Shown: positions 27,950-36,838, numbered from the stretch's first letter. The stretch: DNA of 64,000 bases from Candidatus Woesearchaeota archaeon (GCA_964467035.1 CAYXNX010000003.1:21252-85251), one strand, 5' to 3'. Numbers and translations are program-made. Notes: a model not told the origin generated them from the sequence alone.

Positions 27950-28333
27950 TATTTAAATTTATCGTTATCTAAAAATTATGCTCCCACCAGACATATATCA
28001 CTCCCTAAAAGGATTACATCTCTTTCTTCTTGATTTATCTTTTAATTACCATTTTGTCTCATTAAGAAGTTTTGTCCATCTCTGAAGTGTTCTTTTCCTT
28101 ACCTCAACAAATTTGGAGAAAATAATTTTTCTACACTGATTTTGTAATCCATATGAACCGCCATTTATAAATTATAAATTTAATTATATTCTAAAGATTT
28201 CTTTTTTAACATGTCTGATGGACTGGAATTGCCCTCTTTTTCTAAAAGAACATTAAACTTAAACTAAATTGCAACCAACATCGGGCTTAAAAGAAGTTTA
28301 ATTTACTCTAAAAAATCCTCCTCGTGAAACAAA

Positions 28334-28413
28334 GCTGATAATTTTTTCAGAGCTGGGGCGAAATTTTGGGAAATCATCCAGTTTGAGATTTCCTCTTTAT
28401 CTTCTGTTCAACG
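28334..28413. repeat. Family B structured hairpin repeat, copy B1
   Basis: gctgataa...ctgttcaacg outer arms and ggaaatc/gatttcc apical stem. 28341-28375 is identical to 47457-47491 (35 nt). Flanking homology to 47375-47456 begins near 28267. Confidence 0.8.
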
Positions 28414-28506
28414 ACCCAATCTGATAGGCGAGAATGCAACATTCTGAAGTAAAATTTTAGGCGAGGGCTCTGTTTTTAATCTTTTTATGAAGCAAAGTTT
28501 TGTTAT

Positions 28507-29154
28507 TTATCTTAACATTTTACCAACATATTGTGTTGTAGCTAAATTTTCAAGAGCGATAGTGTAAACCATCTCACTATGTAATCTTCCCATATCCATA
28601 GGGTTGACTCCAAGTTTGAATTGGACAGTTCTAATTCCTTCTTCTGCTTTTCCTTCACAAAGCAAGAGATATAAACCATCCCCAATTTCCCGAGGTTCTG
28701 CCACCCCATGTTCAGATTCATTTCCAAATTGATTAAGAAACTCTTTTGTTGGAATAATCTTTCCAGTCATTCCTTCTAAAGTAGATAAATATCTTTTAAG
28801 AGGTTCATTTTGAACGGTGTTTCTTACCATATTTGATATGTTCGGAGTTCTATGCCAAAAAACATCTGGTTCAGATTTTCTACTTCTTTGCTCAACTAAT
28901 TTTTCATAGATATGTCCATCAGAATGGGCATAGTCTTGTTTTTGTGGATTTGATTTAAAATAGGCAACTACTTCTTTCGGAACATTTGTTTCTTCTAATA
29001 ATCGTCCACTATTGTGTCCACCCCTTACACTATCTGGAACTTCCTCTGGCTTTATGGTAGAGACAGACAAAATTTGCATTAAAGGATAGTCTCTAAACCC
29101 TCTTATTTCTCTATCACAACAAGGACACTTTTCGTTTGGTTTTTGTTCTGACAT
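28507..29154 (-). CDS. hypothetical protein (accessory ORF in island 1)
   Basis: 215-aa ORF with N-terminal CPCC. No recognisable family. Long leader with GGAG 9 nt before the ATG. Confidence 0.55.
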   Translation of the reverse strand: MSEQKPNEKCPCCDREIRGFRDYPLMQILSVSTIKPEEVPDSVRGGHNSGRLLEETNVPKEVVAYFKSNPQKQDYAHSDGHIYEKLVEQRSRKSEPDVFWHRTPNISNMVRNTVQNEPLKRYLSTLEGMTGKIIPTKEFLNQFGNESEHGVAEPREIGDGLYLLLCEGKAEEGIRTVQFKLGVNPMDMGRLHSEMVYTIALENLATTQYVGKMLR

Positions 29155-29309
29155 TTTTAATCTCCAAATCTCTAAGAAAACTTAGAGGTTTATCCTTCAC
29201 CTCTTAATAATTAGAAATAAAGGGTAGTTTATAAATTTTTGCCCATTTTGAGTAACTGCTGAAGGCAGACTATATGTGCGTAAGCACTGCCCGAGCCCAA
29301 AATTTTATT

Positions 29310-29395
29310 GCTGATAACACTGGAATTTAACGAAGTTTTGCCGTAGAAAAAATTTGGGAAAATCCTGCAGGATTTTCTGTTTAAGCCCTGTTATG
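29310..29395. repeat. Family B structured hairpin repeat, copy B3
   Basis: gctgataac ... gttatg outer boxes. Perfect 20-nt palindrome gaaaatcctgcaggattttc at 29358-29377. The downstream segment 29397-29467 is homologous to 47530-47583. Confidence 0.75.
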
Positions 29396-29562
29396 TCTTC
29401 CGAGGTCTTTAACACGAGAGCCTGCAAGGCGTGGCACGAGCAGAACGAACGAAGTGACCTCGTGAGTTTCCAATCTCCGAAAATTCGTTGTTATCGTAGT
29501 TGTCAGAGAATTATTTTGAATTTGCCGAAAATTTTAAAAATAGAGAACATCTTCTTTTTTGT

Positions 29563-29910
29563 ATGGCAGAAAGTCAATCAAGATATAGTATAGTTGAAAG
29601 ACTTACAACAAGAAAACTAGAGCTAATGGATAGTAAGTCTAAGTTAAAGGAAGATGTGAAATCAAAAGAACAGCACATTGATAAATTAAAAAAAGATTTA
29701 GCAAATTGGAAGAAAGATGTTCAAGAGGACACAAAAAGAGAACAGAGAAGAAAAGAATTAGGAATTGAAAGAGCTTCTCAAGAATTTAATAATACTAAAG
29801 AACAGATGAAAGATAAAGAAAAAGTCTTTGACGACCAAGTTAAAGCTATCGAAGAAGCTCTTCAATCTATTGAAGAAATTAGTAAAACTTCTCCGACTGT
29901 TCAATCATAG
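29563..29910 (+). CDS. hypothetical coiled-coil protein (accessory ORF in island 1)
   Basis: ATG at 29563 (MAESQSRYSIVERL...) sits about 20 nt downstream of an attttaaaaatag TATA-like box. Heptad-rich Lys/Glu sequence. Confidence 0.5.
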   Translation: MAESQSRYSIVERLTTRKLELMDSKSKLKEDVKSKEQHIDKLKKDLANWKKDVQEDTKREQRRKELGIERASQEFNNTKEQMKDKEKVFDDQVKAIEEALQSIEEISKTSPTVQS

Positions 29911-29992
29911 TCCTCTAAAAAATTATGAATGCCATGTGCGTCAAGAGGACACCTTGGTAAAACTAAATCAATGCCATGTGCTGATTCCCTAG

Positions 29993-30017
29993 GCAGGTTC
30001 AAATCCTGCGCGCGGAG
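29993..30017 (+). other. tRNA 3'-end-like fragment (T-arm plus acceptor strand)
   Basis: GCAGG TTCAAAT CCTGC GCGCGGA G read directly. No D or anticodon arm upstream. Preceded by a duplicated 12-mer aatgccatgtgc (29927-29938, 29969-29980). Confidence 0.5.
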
Positions 30018-30036
30018 AGATGATTCTCTTCGCAGG

Positions 30037-30072
30037 GGCTTTTATTCTCTGACAGGCTTTTATTCTCTGACA
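30037..30072. repeat. perfect 18-nt tandem duplication (ggcttttattctctgaca x2)
   Basis: Read directly: 30037-30054 = 30055-30072. Confidence 0.9.
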
Positions 30073-30075
30073 ATT

Positions 30076-30143
30076 TCGTTAAAATTTTGTTAAGCAGATT
30101 TGCGTAGCAATTTTGTGAGAGCTTTCTTTATGATTTTAACGAA
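30076..30143. repeat. Family B-related hairpin, copy B5
   Basis: 11-bp perfect stem ttcgttaaaat / attttaacgaa enclosing gcgtagcaatttt (compare gcgtagcgaacgatttt in 46131-46148). Followed by gataaca. Confidence 0.6.
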
Positions 30144-30221
30144 GATAACAATATTAGAATTTTCAGTTTTAACCTCTGTGGAGGCAAGTCCCGAATTGAG
30201 CATAACACCGATTATGTCCAA

Positions 30222-30761
30222 TCAAGAATTCATCTCTTTAATCTTCTTTATTAATTCTTTTATATCTTTATTATTTTTCATTATCAAAAATTCTTTTGCA
30301 TATTTTTGTAGATAATCTTTGTGAGAATCTAAAGTCACAAAATGATTTGGGTCGTGATAATATTTGTGGACTTTTTTCATAATATTAAATGTTGATTTAA
30401 TCCCATTATCTTGATATTTATAATTATGGAATTTTCTCTTAAAATGTCTTGAGAAAATTCTTTTGTATAATACCAGTTGAGGTATTTGCAAGAAAATTAC
30501 TAAATCTGCTTTCTTATATAATTCGACAGCATAAGAAGTCCACGCACCTTCAGTAATCCAAGATTTTTTATTTGAAATTTCTTTTACTTTTTTCAATCGC
30601 TCTTTAACAGGCCAAATTATATCATATTTTCGTTTATATTTTATTTCATCCAAATCGTAAGTTTTTATTTTTAATAAAGAGGATAATTTTTTTGCTAGTG
30701 TTGATTTCCCAGAACCATAAATTCCCACAATATGGATTTTTGAAATTCTCTTTTTTCCCAT
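30222..30761 (-). CDS. P-loop NTPase, adenylate-kinase/FlaR-like
   Basis: IHIVGIYGSGKSTLAKKL Walker A at the N-terminus. Size 179 aa. Confidence 0.6.
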   Translation of the reverse strand: MGKKRISKIHIVGIYGSGKSTLAKKLSSLLKIKTYDLDEIKYKRKYDIIWPVKERLKKVKEISNKKSWITEGAWTSYAVELYKKADLVIFLQIPQLVLYKRIFSRHFKRKFHNYKYQDNGIKSTFNIMKKVHKYYHDPNHFVTLDSHKDYLQKYAKEFLIMKNNKDIKELIKKIKEMNS

Positions 30762-30885
30762 AAAAAAATTATTTATTGTATATTTAAATCTCTTTCTATT
30801 TTTAACTATGACTTCTTAACTTCTCACTTCATTCGTCGGCAGATTTAACACCTCTTAACCAAAATTACTCATTTCATTCGCAACC

Positions 30886-30946
30886 CACTTCAAACAAATA
30901 TCTGAAAAACTCGTGCCTCTCCAAGTATTTGGGTTAGATTAACACA
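30886..30946. repeat. Family A dispersed repeat, solo copy 3
   Basis: cacttcaaacaaatatctgaaaaactcgtgcctctccaagtatttgggttagattaacaca aligns with 1480-1543. Enclosed by cattcgc (30874-30880) / gcgaata (30947-30953). Confidence 0.8.
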
Positions 30947-31084
30947 GGCGAATACTCCTTTATTCTAAGTTTAAAGTATTCTTTTCTTATTTCTTCTTTT
31001 TTCATACAAAACCGAAGAATCTATCTCCGAACTATTTTTTGATTTTGCCTAGTGACATATGTCCACCTTGCTATACACATTATC

Positions 31085-32089
31085 TCAAAACAATGTCTTT
31101 TGTTTCTGTTTTTCCTTAGATTCTCTTAATTTTGCCAATTGCTTTTCAATTCTCTCTTCAGAAAAATCGTGGCTCATTAAAACCTCTTTAATTTTATTTT
31201 CATTAATTTTTGGAAACTCAATTTCAATATTTTGCTCAATTTTTGGTTTTTTAAACATCTGGAAGATTTCATGCCAATCAAAATCAGCATCAGGAAATTG
31301 CTCAAAAATTTCAACAGGAGTTTTATATTTTCGAACAGCATCTAAAGCTTTTTTTTGCCCAATTCCCGGAATCCCTGCAGGATTATAATCAGTTCCAACT
31401 AAAATTCCTAAACAAATTAATTGCTCATAATTTATTTGCAATTTATTCAAAACTCTTTCTAGCTCAACAACAACAGGAAAAACTTCTTTCACACCAGTGA
31501 AAGTCTTTCTTTTCTTTGACATTGTTAAATTCTGAATTAATCTAGGAGCCCCAAAAAGCAAGCAATCATAATCTTGCGAACCCACAGCATAAGCTTGGTG
31601 ATTTTTATTTAATACAGATGCTTGGGCTTCACCCTCGCTAGGAGCTTGAATAACAGGAATCCCCATAGCTTCTAATAATTCTTTAGATTCTTCAATCATA
31701 TCCTTAGAAAGTTTGGCAGTTTGTTGGCTGTATTTTTTCATAGAATCATAATCTTCTTTTTCTTTTGCTTTTTCATATTTTTCTTTAGCAATTTCTTTAA
31801 TTTTTTCCCTCTTTTCTTTTGTAGCACTCTTTAAATCTGGAGGTTCCCCATCAAAAACATAGACAACCCTAATTCCCTCGTTTAACAAATTAATATTCCT
31901 ATAAAAAAGCCCAGACAAATGGCTTGTAATCCTCCCTTTACTATCTTGCAAAGGAGTTCCGTCATATTGCCTTATAGTAGAAGTAAATTGATAAATTGCA
32001 TTAAATGCATCAACAACAACTATCTTTCCATTAAGCTCTGCAAACGAAATTTCTTTTTTTGGAACAATATCTTTTATACTTAAACCCAT
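31085..32089 (-). CDS. fen: flap endonuclease 1
   Basis: MGLSIKDIVPKKEI..GKIVVVDAFNAIYQF N-domain, an I-domain and a H3TH region. Confidence 0.9.
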   Translation of the reverse strand: MGLSIKDIVPKKEISFAELNGKIVVVDAFNAIYQFTSTIRQYDGTPLQDSKGRITSHLSGLFYRNINLLNEGIRVVYVFDGEPPDLKSATKEKREKIKEIAKEKYEKAKEKEDYDSMKKYSQQTAKLSKDMIEESKELLEAMGIPVIQAPSEGEAQASVLNKNHQAYAVGSQDYDCLLFGAPRLIQNLTMSKKRKTFTGVKEVFPVVVELERVLNKLQINYEQLICLGILVGTDYNPAGIPGIGQKKALDAVRKYKTPVEIFEQFPDADFDWHEIFQMFKKPKIEQNIEIEFPKINENKIKEVLMSHDFSEERIEKQLAKLRESKEKQKQKTLF

Positions 32090-32119
32090 ATATTATTAAA
32101 ATTAATTAAATATAAATAA

Positions 32120-32470
32120 TTATTCCTCAACCCTTTTTTCAGAATACTCTATCATTCTTCTAAATTGTCCAAAAACTTTATTTGGACTTTTATGCTTAAC
32201 CGGGTCAGACCCACCCTCACCAAATCTTTTTGGAAAATATTCTGCCAATAATCTTTTTCTTGGAGAGGCATATTTTTTAGCATCTCCCTCATATAATTTT
32301 TTTCCTTCAGAAAGGAACGAGCCATAATATCTTTTTTTATCTTCTGCCTCAGCCCAACTAATCTTTTCTTCCCATTCTTTTTGCTTAAATTCCAATTCAG
32401 CTTGCCTTTGTTCAGGGTCAAGATTTCCTTCTAAAAATCCAACACAATCTAATCCATCTTTTGAATCCAT
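32120..32470 (-). CDS. hypothetical protein
   Basis: 116-aa ORF with a promoter box upstream. No recognisable family. Confidence 0.45.
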   Translation of the reverse strand: MDSKDGLDCVGFLEGNLDPEQRQAELEFKQKEWEEKISWAEAEDKKRYYGSFLSEGKKLYEGDAKKYASPRKRLLAEYFPKRFGEGGSDPVKHKSPNKVFGQFRRMIEYSEKRVEE

Positions 32471-32490
32471 ATTTTAGGTAACAAAACAAA

Positions 32491-32500
32491 ATTTATAAAT
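32491..32500 (-). promoter_or_regulatory. TATA box (minus strand atttataaat) about 20 nt upstream of the ATG at 32470
   Basis: The minus strand reads agaaagatttataaatt. The same agaaagatttataaa-type element recurs upstream of other genes. Confidence 0.45.
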
Positions 32501-32580
32501 CTTTCTATTGTAACTACTAGAAAATAATTAATAAAAATAACCAACAAAACTCTTTAATACTCTTTTCTCTTTTATTAAAC

Positions 32581-35034
32581 ATGGAAATAGATTTCATACC
32601 TTTAGATTATGATTATTTTGATTTTGAAGGTAAAAGTTATGTAAAAATTTTTGGAAATACACTATCAAAGAAAAAAGTTTGTCTAATAGACACTTGTGAT
32701 GTTTTTTTATGGGCTATTTTAAAATCCTCTGTAAAAGAAAAACAAATTCCAAAAATAATTGAAGAAATAAACAAAATCTCAGTTAAATCAAAAAATAGAA
32801 CTGCTAAAGTTTTATCAACAAAATTAGAAAACAAAAAATTCTTGGGAAAAAAAGTCAAGGCACTTAAAATTAAGATTACTAATCACAAAGACCTAACAAA
32901 AATTGCAGAATCACTTCCTCACAAATATATTGAACATATTAGGGAACACGACATAAATTTTACAACAAGATATATTTTAGAGAGCAATTTAATTCCTTCA
33001 ACATGGTGTTCAATTCAAGGAGAGGAAATTTCACAAACTAATGAATTCAATGGAATTGCAAATTCCTTAGATGTAGATTTATGTTTAAAGGTTGGAAAAA
33101 TAAAAAAATTAGAAAAAGAAAAAATTCTGCATCCCAATGTGTTAGCTTTGGATATTGAAACAGAAGAATTTGAAATTGGAAAAGGTGAAATTTTAATGAT
33201 TTCTTTGGTTTCTGATAATTTTAAAAAAGTTATCACCTGCAAAACCCAAGGAAAAAATCAACCAAATGTTGAATATTTTAGCTCAGAGAAAAAAATGCTT
33301 GAAGGATTAGTAAATTATATTAAAAAAATCTCACCCGACATAATTACTGGATATTTTTCAGATGGATTTGACATACCCTATCTAAAATCCCGTGCTCAAA
33401 AAAATAAAGTAAAATTATCCTTGGGAATTGATTCAAGCGAGCCCAAATTTTCAGGTGGTTTAAGTAAAAGAGCGAAAATATCCGGTCGCACCCATATAGA
33501 TTTATTTCAATTTATTCAAACTGCTTACTCCCAATACCTTCAAAGCGAAACACTTTCTTTAAATGATGTTGCATCAGAACTTTTAGGAGAAGAAAAAATT
33601 GACCACGAATTTAAACCGCAAGCAAAAATGACTTCCTCAGAATGGACAAAATTTTTTAAATATAATCTCCAAGATTCACTTTTAACTTACAATCTTTTTA
33701 TGAAGGCATGGCCAGATATTTTAGAATTTTCAAGAACAATGCAAGAACCTTTATTTGATGTTTCTAGAAATGGAATGAGTGCAAATATTGATAGTTACAT
33801 AATTCATAACTTATCAAGATACGATGAAATAGTTGAAAAACGTCCAACTCATGAAATGATTTCAAAAAGAAGAAAACGCGAACAATACGAAGGCGCATTT
33901 GTGCTCCAACCAATTCCCAAACTTTATGAAAAAATTGTAATGTTTGATTTCACAAGTTATTGGCCCAGTATCATTGCATCTTTTAACTTATCTTATTCAA
34001 CATTTTTAGAAAAAAAATCACAAAACTCTAGAGAAGTGGAACTAAGCAAAGGGAAAAAAATTTACTTTTCTAAAAGTCCTGGATTTTTTCCAGAAATGTT
34101 AAAAGAAATAATCTTGTTAAGAAAAAAATATAAAAAACAATATCAAAAAAATCCTTCACCAATTTTAAAAGCTCGAAGCAATGCTTTCAAACTTTTGGCA
34201 AATGCTTCTTACGGATATCAAGGATTTTTCGGAGCAAGGTATTATTGTCCTGAAGCAAGTGCTGCTACAACTGCTATTTCCCGCCAATATATGAAAAAAT
34301 TAATTAAAGATTCAAAAAAACAAAGATTTAACCCTATTTACTCTGACACAGATTCTCTTGCACTCGAGTTAAAAGAAAAAACAAAAACTCAATCTTTGGA
34401 ATTTTTAAAAAAAATTAACTCAAAACTTCCAGGAATTATGGAATTAGAGCTTGAAGATTTTTACAAAAGAGGGATTTGGGTTACAACTCGCGAAGGCAAA
34501 ATAGGGGCAAAGAAAAAATACGCCTTGATTAATGAAAAAGGAAAATTAAAAATTAGAGGTTTTGAAACAGTTCGAAGAGATTGGTGTCAACTTGCTCGAG
34601 AACTTCAAAATAAAACTCTTAAAAAAATACTTGAAGATGGAAATGAAAAATCTGCTTTAGAGTTAATTAAAAAAACAATCAAAAAAATAAAAAACAGAGA
34701 GGTTGAAAAAAAGAAACTTATAATAAAAACCCAACTAAAAAAACCTCTTTCAGAATATAAGGCAAAAACTCCCCATGTTACAATTGCAAAAAAAATGCTG
34801 TCTCAAGGTATGCCAGTAAATCAAGGAATGCTAATCCAATATTATATAGCACAATCTGAAAATAAAAAAGCTTTAACAAGAGAACGCGCAAATTTTCCTG
34901 AAGAAAACAAACCTTATGATATTGAATACTACCTAAAAAAACAAATCCTTCCAGCAATTGAAAATATTTTGCAAACTTTTAATATAGAGGCAAAAGAATT
35001 TTTAGAAAATGAAAAACAAAAAAAATTATTTTAA
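32581..35034 (+). CDS. polB: family B DNA polymerase
   Basis: Exo I LALDIETEE, and polymerase motifs SYWPSII, KLLANASYGY and YSDTDSL. Confidence 0.9.
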   Translation: MEIDFIPLDYDYFDFEGKSYVKIFGNTLSKKKVCLIDTCDVFLWAILKSSVKEKQIPKIIEEINKISVKSKNRTAKVLSTKLENKKFLGKKVKALKIKITNHKDLTKIAESLPHKYIEHIREHDINFTTRYILESNLIPSTWCSIQGEEISQTNEFNGIANSLDVDLCLKVGKIKKLEKEKILHPNVLALDIETEEFEIGKGEILMISLVSDNFKKVITCKTQGKNQPNVEYFSSEKKMLEGLVNYIKKISPDIITGYFSDGFDIPYLKSRAQKNKVKLSLGIDSSEPKFSGGLSKRAKISGRTHIDLFQFIQTAYSQYLQSETLSLNDVASELLGEEKIDHEFKPQAKMTSSEWTKFFKYNLQDSLLTYNLFMKAWPDILEFSRTMQEPLFDVSRNGMSANIDSYIIHNLSRYDEIVEKRPTHEMISKRRKREQYEGAFVLQPIPKLYEKIVMFDFTSYWPSIIASFNLSYSTFLEKKSQNSREVELSKGKKIYFSKSPGFFPEMLKEIILLRKKYKKQYQKNPSPILKARSNAFKLLANASYGYQGFFGARYYCPEASAATTAISRQYMKKLIKDSKKQRFNPIYSDTDSLALELKEKTKTQSLEFLKKINSKLPGIMELELEDFYKRGIWVTTREGKIGAKKKYALINEKGKLKIRGFETVRRDWCQLARELQNKTLKKILEDGNEKSALELIKKTIKKIKNREVEKKKLIIKTQLKKPLSEYKAKTPHVTIAKKMLSQGMPVNQGMLIQYYIAQSENKKALTRERANFPEENKPYDIEYYLKKQILPAIENILQTFNIEAKEFLENEKQKKLF

Positions 35035-35781
35035 TTCTGCTCTAGAACCCACAAGTTTATAATTCTTAACAAAAAAAGGAATTAAATTTTTTGATGAAAA
35101 GCCAGTATCGTGCATCAAAACAATATCTCCCTCTTTTGCCCTCCTACAATTTGACATAATAGAACTTGCAGAACATTTATTTTTAGAATAATATCTCCAA
35201 TCATTAGTATCACAATCCCAATGGAAAACATCATAACCTTTTTTACTAAAATACTCTCTGTAAGCTAATTCTTTTTCTTTAGAGCCATTAACTTTCCCAG
35301 AATCTGAAATCCAAAAACCATCATCGCCATAAGGAAACCTAAATAACAAAGGCATTTTCAAACCAACTTGGTCATAAGCATTTTTTATTATTTCTTGAGT
35401 TCTTTCAATCTCTTCAATACCTCTTGAAACAGGAATGTTTGAATATCCTGGATGATTATAAGAATGGTTTCCAATTTCGCTTCCTTGTTCCAATGCATTT
35501 AACATTAAATCAAATTCTTTTTGATTTCTTGCTCTAGAACCCAAAACAAAAAATATTGATGGATTTTCATTAAGCCCACTCAATATTCTTTCCATACTTT
35601 TCTTAGGACCATCATCAATTGTTAATAAAATTTTATCTAAATTTTTTTCTTCTAAAAAAGGATCTTCAAGTTCTTCTACAATTACATTAGAATCCTGACT
35701 CCAAGCATCCTTTAAGCATAAACCACTAGCCCCAACTAAAATCTCTTTCATAAAATTTCTTCTAGATAAGTTTTTATCCAT
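35026..35781 (-). CDS. polysaccharide deacetylase (NodB homology) with Tat-like signal
   Basis: SRRNFMKEIL twin-arginine N-terminus. LTIDDGP and HSYNHP motifs. Confidence 0.75.
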   Translation of the reverse strand: MDKNLSRRNFMKEILVGASGLCLKDAWSQDSNVIVEELEDPFLEEKNLDKILLTIDDGPKKSMERILSGLNENPSIFFVLGSRARNQKEFDLMLNALEQGSEIGNHSYNHPGYSNIPVSRGIEEIERTQEIIKNAYDQVGLKMPLLFRFPYGDDGFWISDSGKVNGSKEKELAYREYFSKKGYDVFHWDCDTNDWRYYSKNKCSASSIMSNCRRAKEGDIVLMHDTGFSSKNLIPFFVKNYKLVGSRAELK

Positions 35782-36076
35782 ATTTTTGATTAAACCCAAC
35801 TCTTTTTAAATTTTTACACAATCTAAAAGATAGTATTAATCAATAAATTAAACGAAATTTTACAAAAGATTTAAAAACACCTCTCTTCTAACAATAATAG
35901 TTGTTTTCAAAAAGGATGTTTTTCAGTATTCTATTGCTCATTAATTAATTTTAATAATACAATATTATGAAAAAAACGAACTTTTTAGAGAGAGGTAAAT
36001 TCTACATTTATCATTGAATAAAGTAGAAAAATACTGACTCTCGTAAAATTTCTCAACTCTTCAAAGGATTATTAAA

Positions 36077-36838
36077 ATGAACTATAAAACATTAATTTCG
36101 CTAATCGGAACATCTTCAATTATACTTGGGAGCACTTTTTCAGGTGCAACTGAATTCAAAAATAATGATTCAAAACAAAATAATTTAGAAGAAAAAGCTT
36201 CAGATTCTGATTACAAAATAGCTTCTGATTACAAAATAATTTTTCCACTAAAAAATGCATATGTAACATCTGAATACGGAAATAGAAAACATCCTTTCAC
36301 TGGAAAAGATAAGTTTCATTATGGGGTAGATTTTGGAACTAATAAAAAACCTTCTCCAATTTATTCCCCGTTTGAAGCAAAAGTTGAAGAGGCAGGATGG
36401 AAAAATGGATATGGAAAAACAATAATTTTAGAAAACGAAACATATGGCTTGTCGTTATTATTTGGACATTGCAGTAAATTAAATATAGAACAGGGTTCAA
36501 TTATAAAAAAAGGACAATTAATAGGATATACTGGCAGAACTGGAAACTCCTCGGGAATACATCTCCATTTAGAAGCAATAGCAACTGATAAAAACAAATT
36601 AAATGATTATTTTCCAAACATAAAATTAGGAAACAAAAATTCAAAAGGAGAAACAACTCTCAACCCCCTTCAAATTTTTAACACTTCTAATTTCAAACCA
36701 AGTTATTTGGAAATCGGAGATAATACTAGAACTGACCTCTTAGAAAATAGAGATTTAATTGTAGAAAATTTTTTAAGTCAAATAAATTTCCCTAAAGAGA
36801 AATATGAACCGAAGAAAATTTTTAAAGAAAACAGCTGA
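36077..36838 (+). CDS. M23-family metallopeptidase (secreted)
   Basis: HYGVDF, GYTGRTGNSSGIHLHLE. Confidence 0.8.
   Translation: MNYKTLISLIGTSSIILGSTFSGATEFKNNDSKQNNLEEKASDSDYKIASDYKIIFPLKNAYVTSEYGNRKHPFTGKDKFHYGVDFGTNKKPSPIYSPFEAKVEEAGWKNGYGKTIILENETYGLSLLFGHCSKLNIEQGSIIKKGQLIGYTGRTGNSSGIHLHLEAIATDKNKLNDYFPNIKLGNKNSKGETTLNPLQIFNTSNFKPSYLEIGDNTRTDLLENRDLIVENFLSQINFPKEKYEPKKIFKENS

Noticed and set aside
27990-28170. Possible decayed gene upstream of trxA (minus-strand frame MAVHMDYKISVEKLFSPNLLR*GKEHFRDGQNFLMRQNGN*KINQEERDVILLGSDICLVGA)
   Set aside because: It is only about 62 codons with two stops and no recognisable homology. In AT-rich DNA this is not distinguishable from chance.
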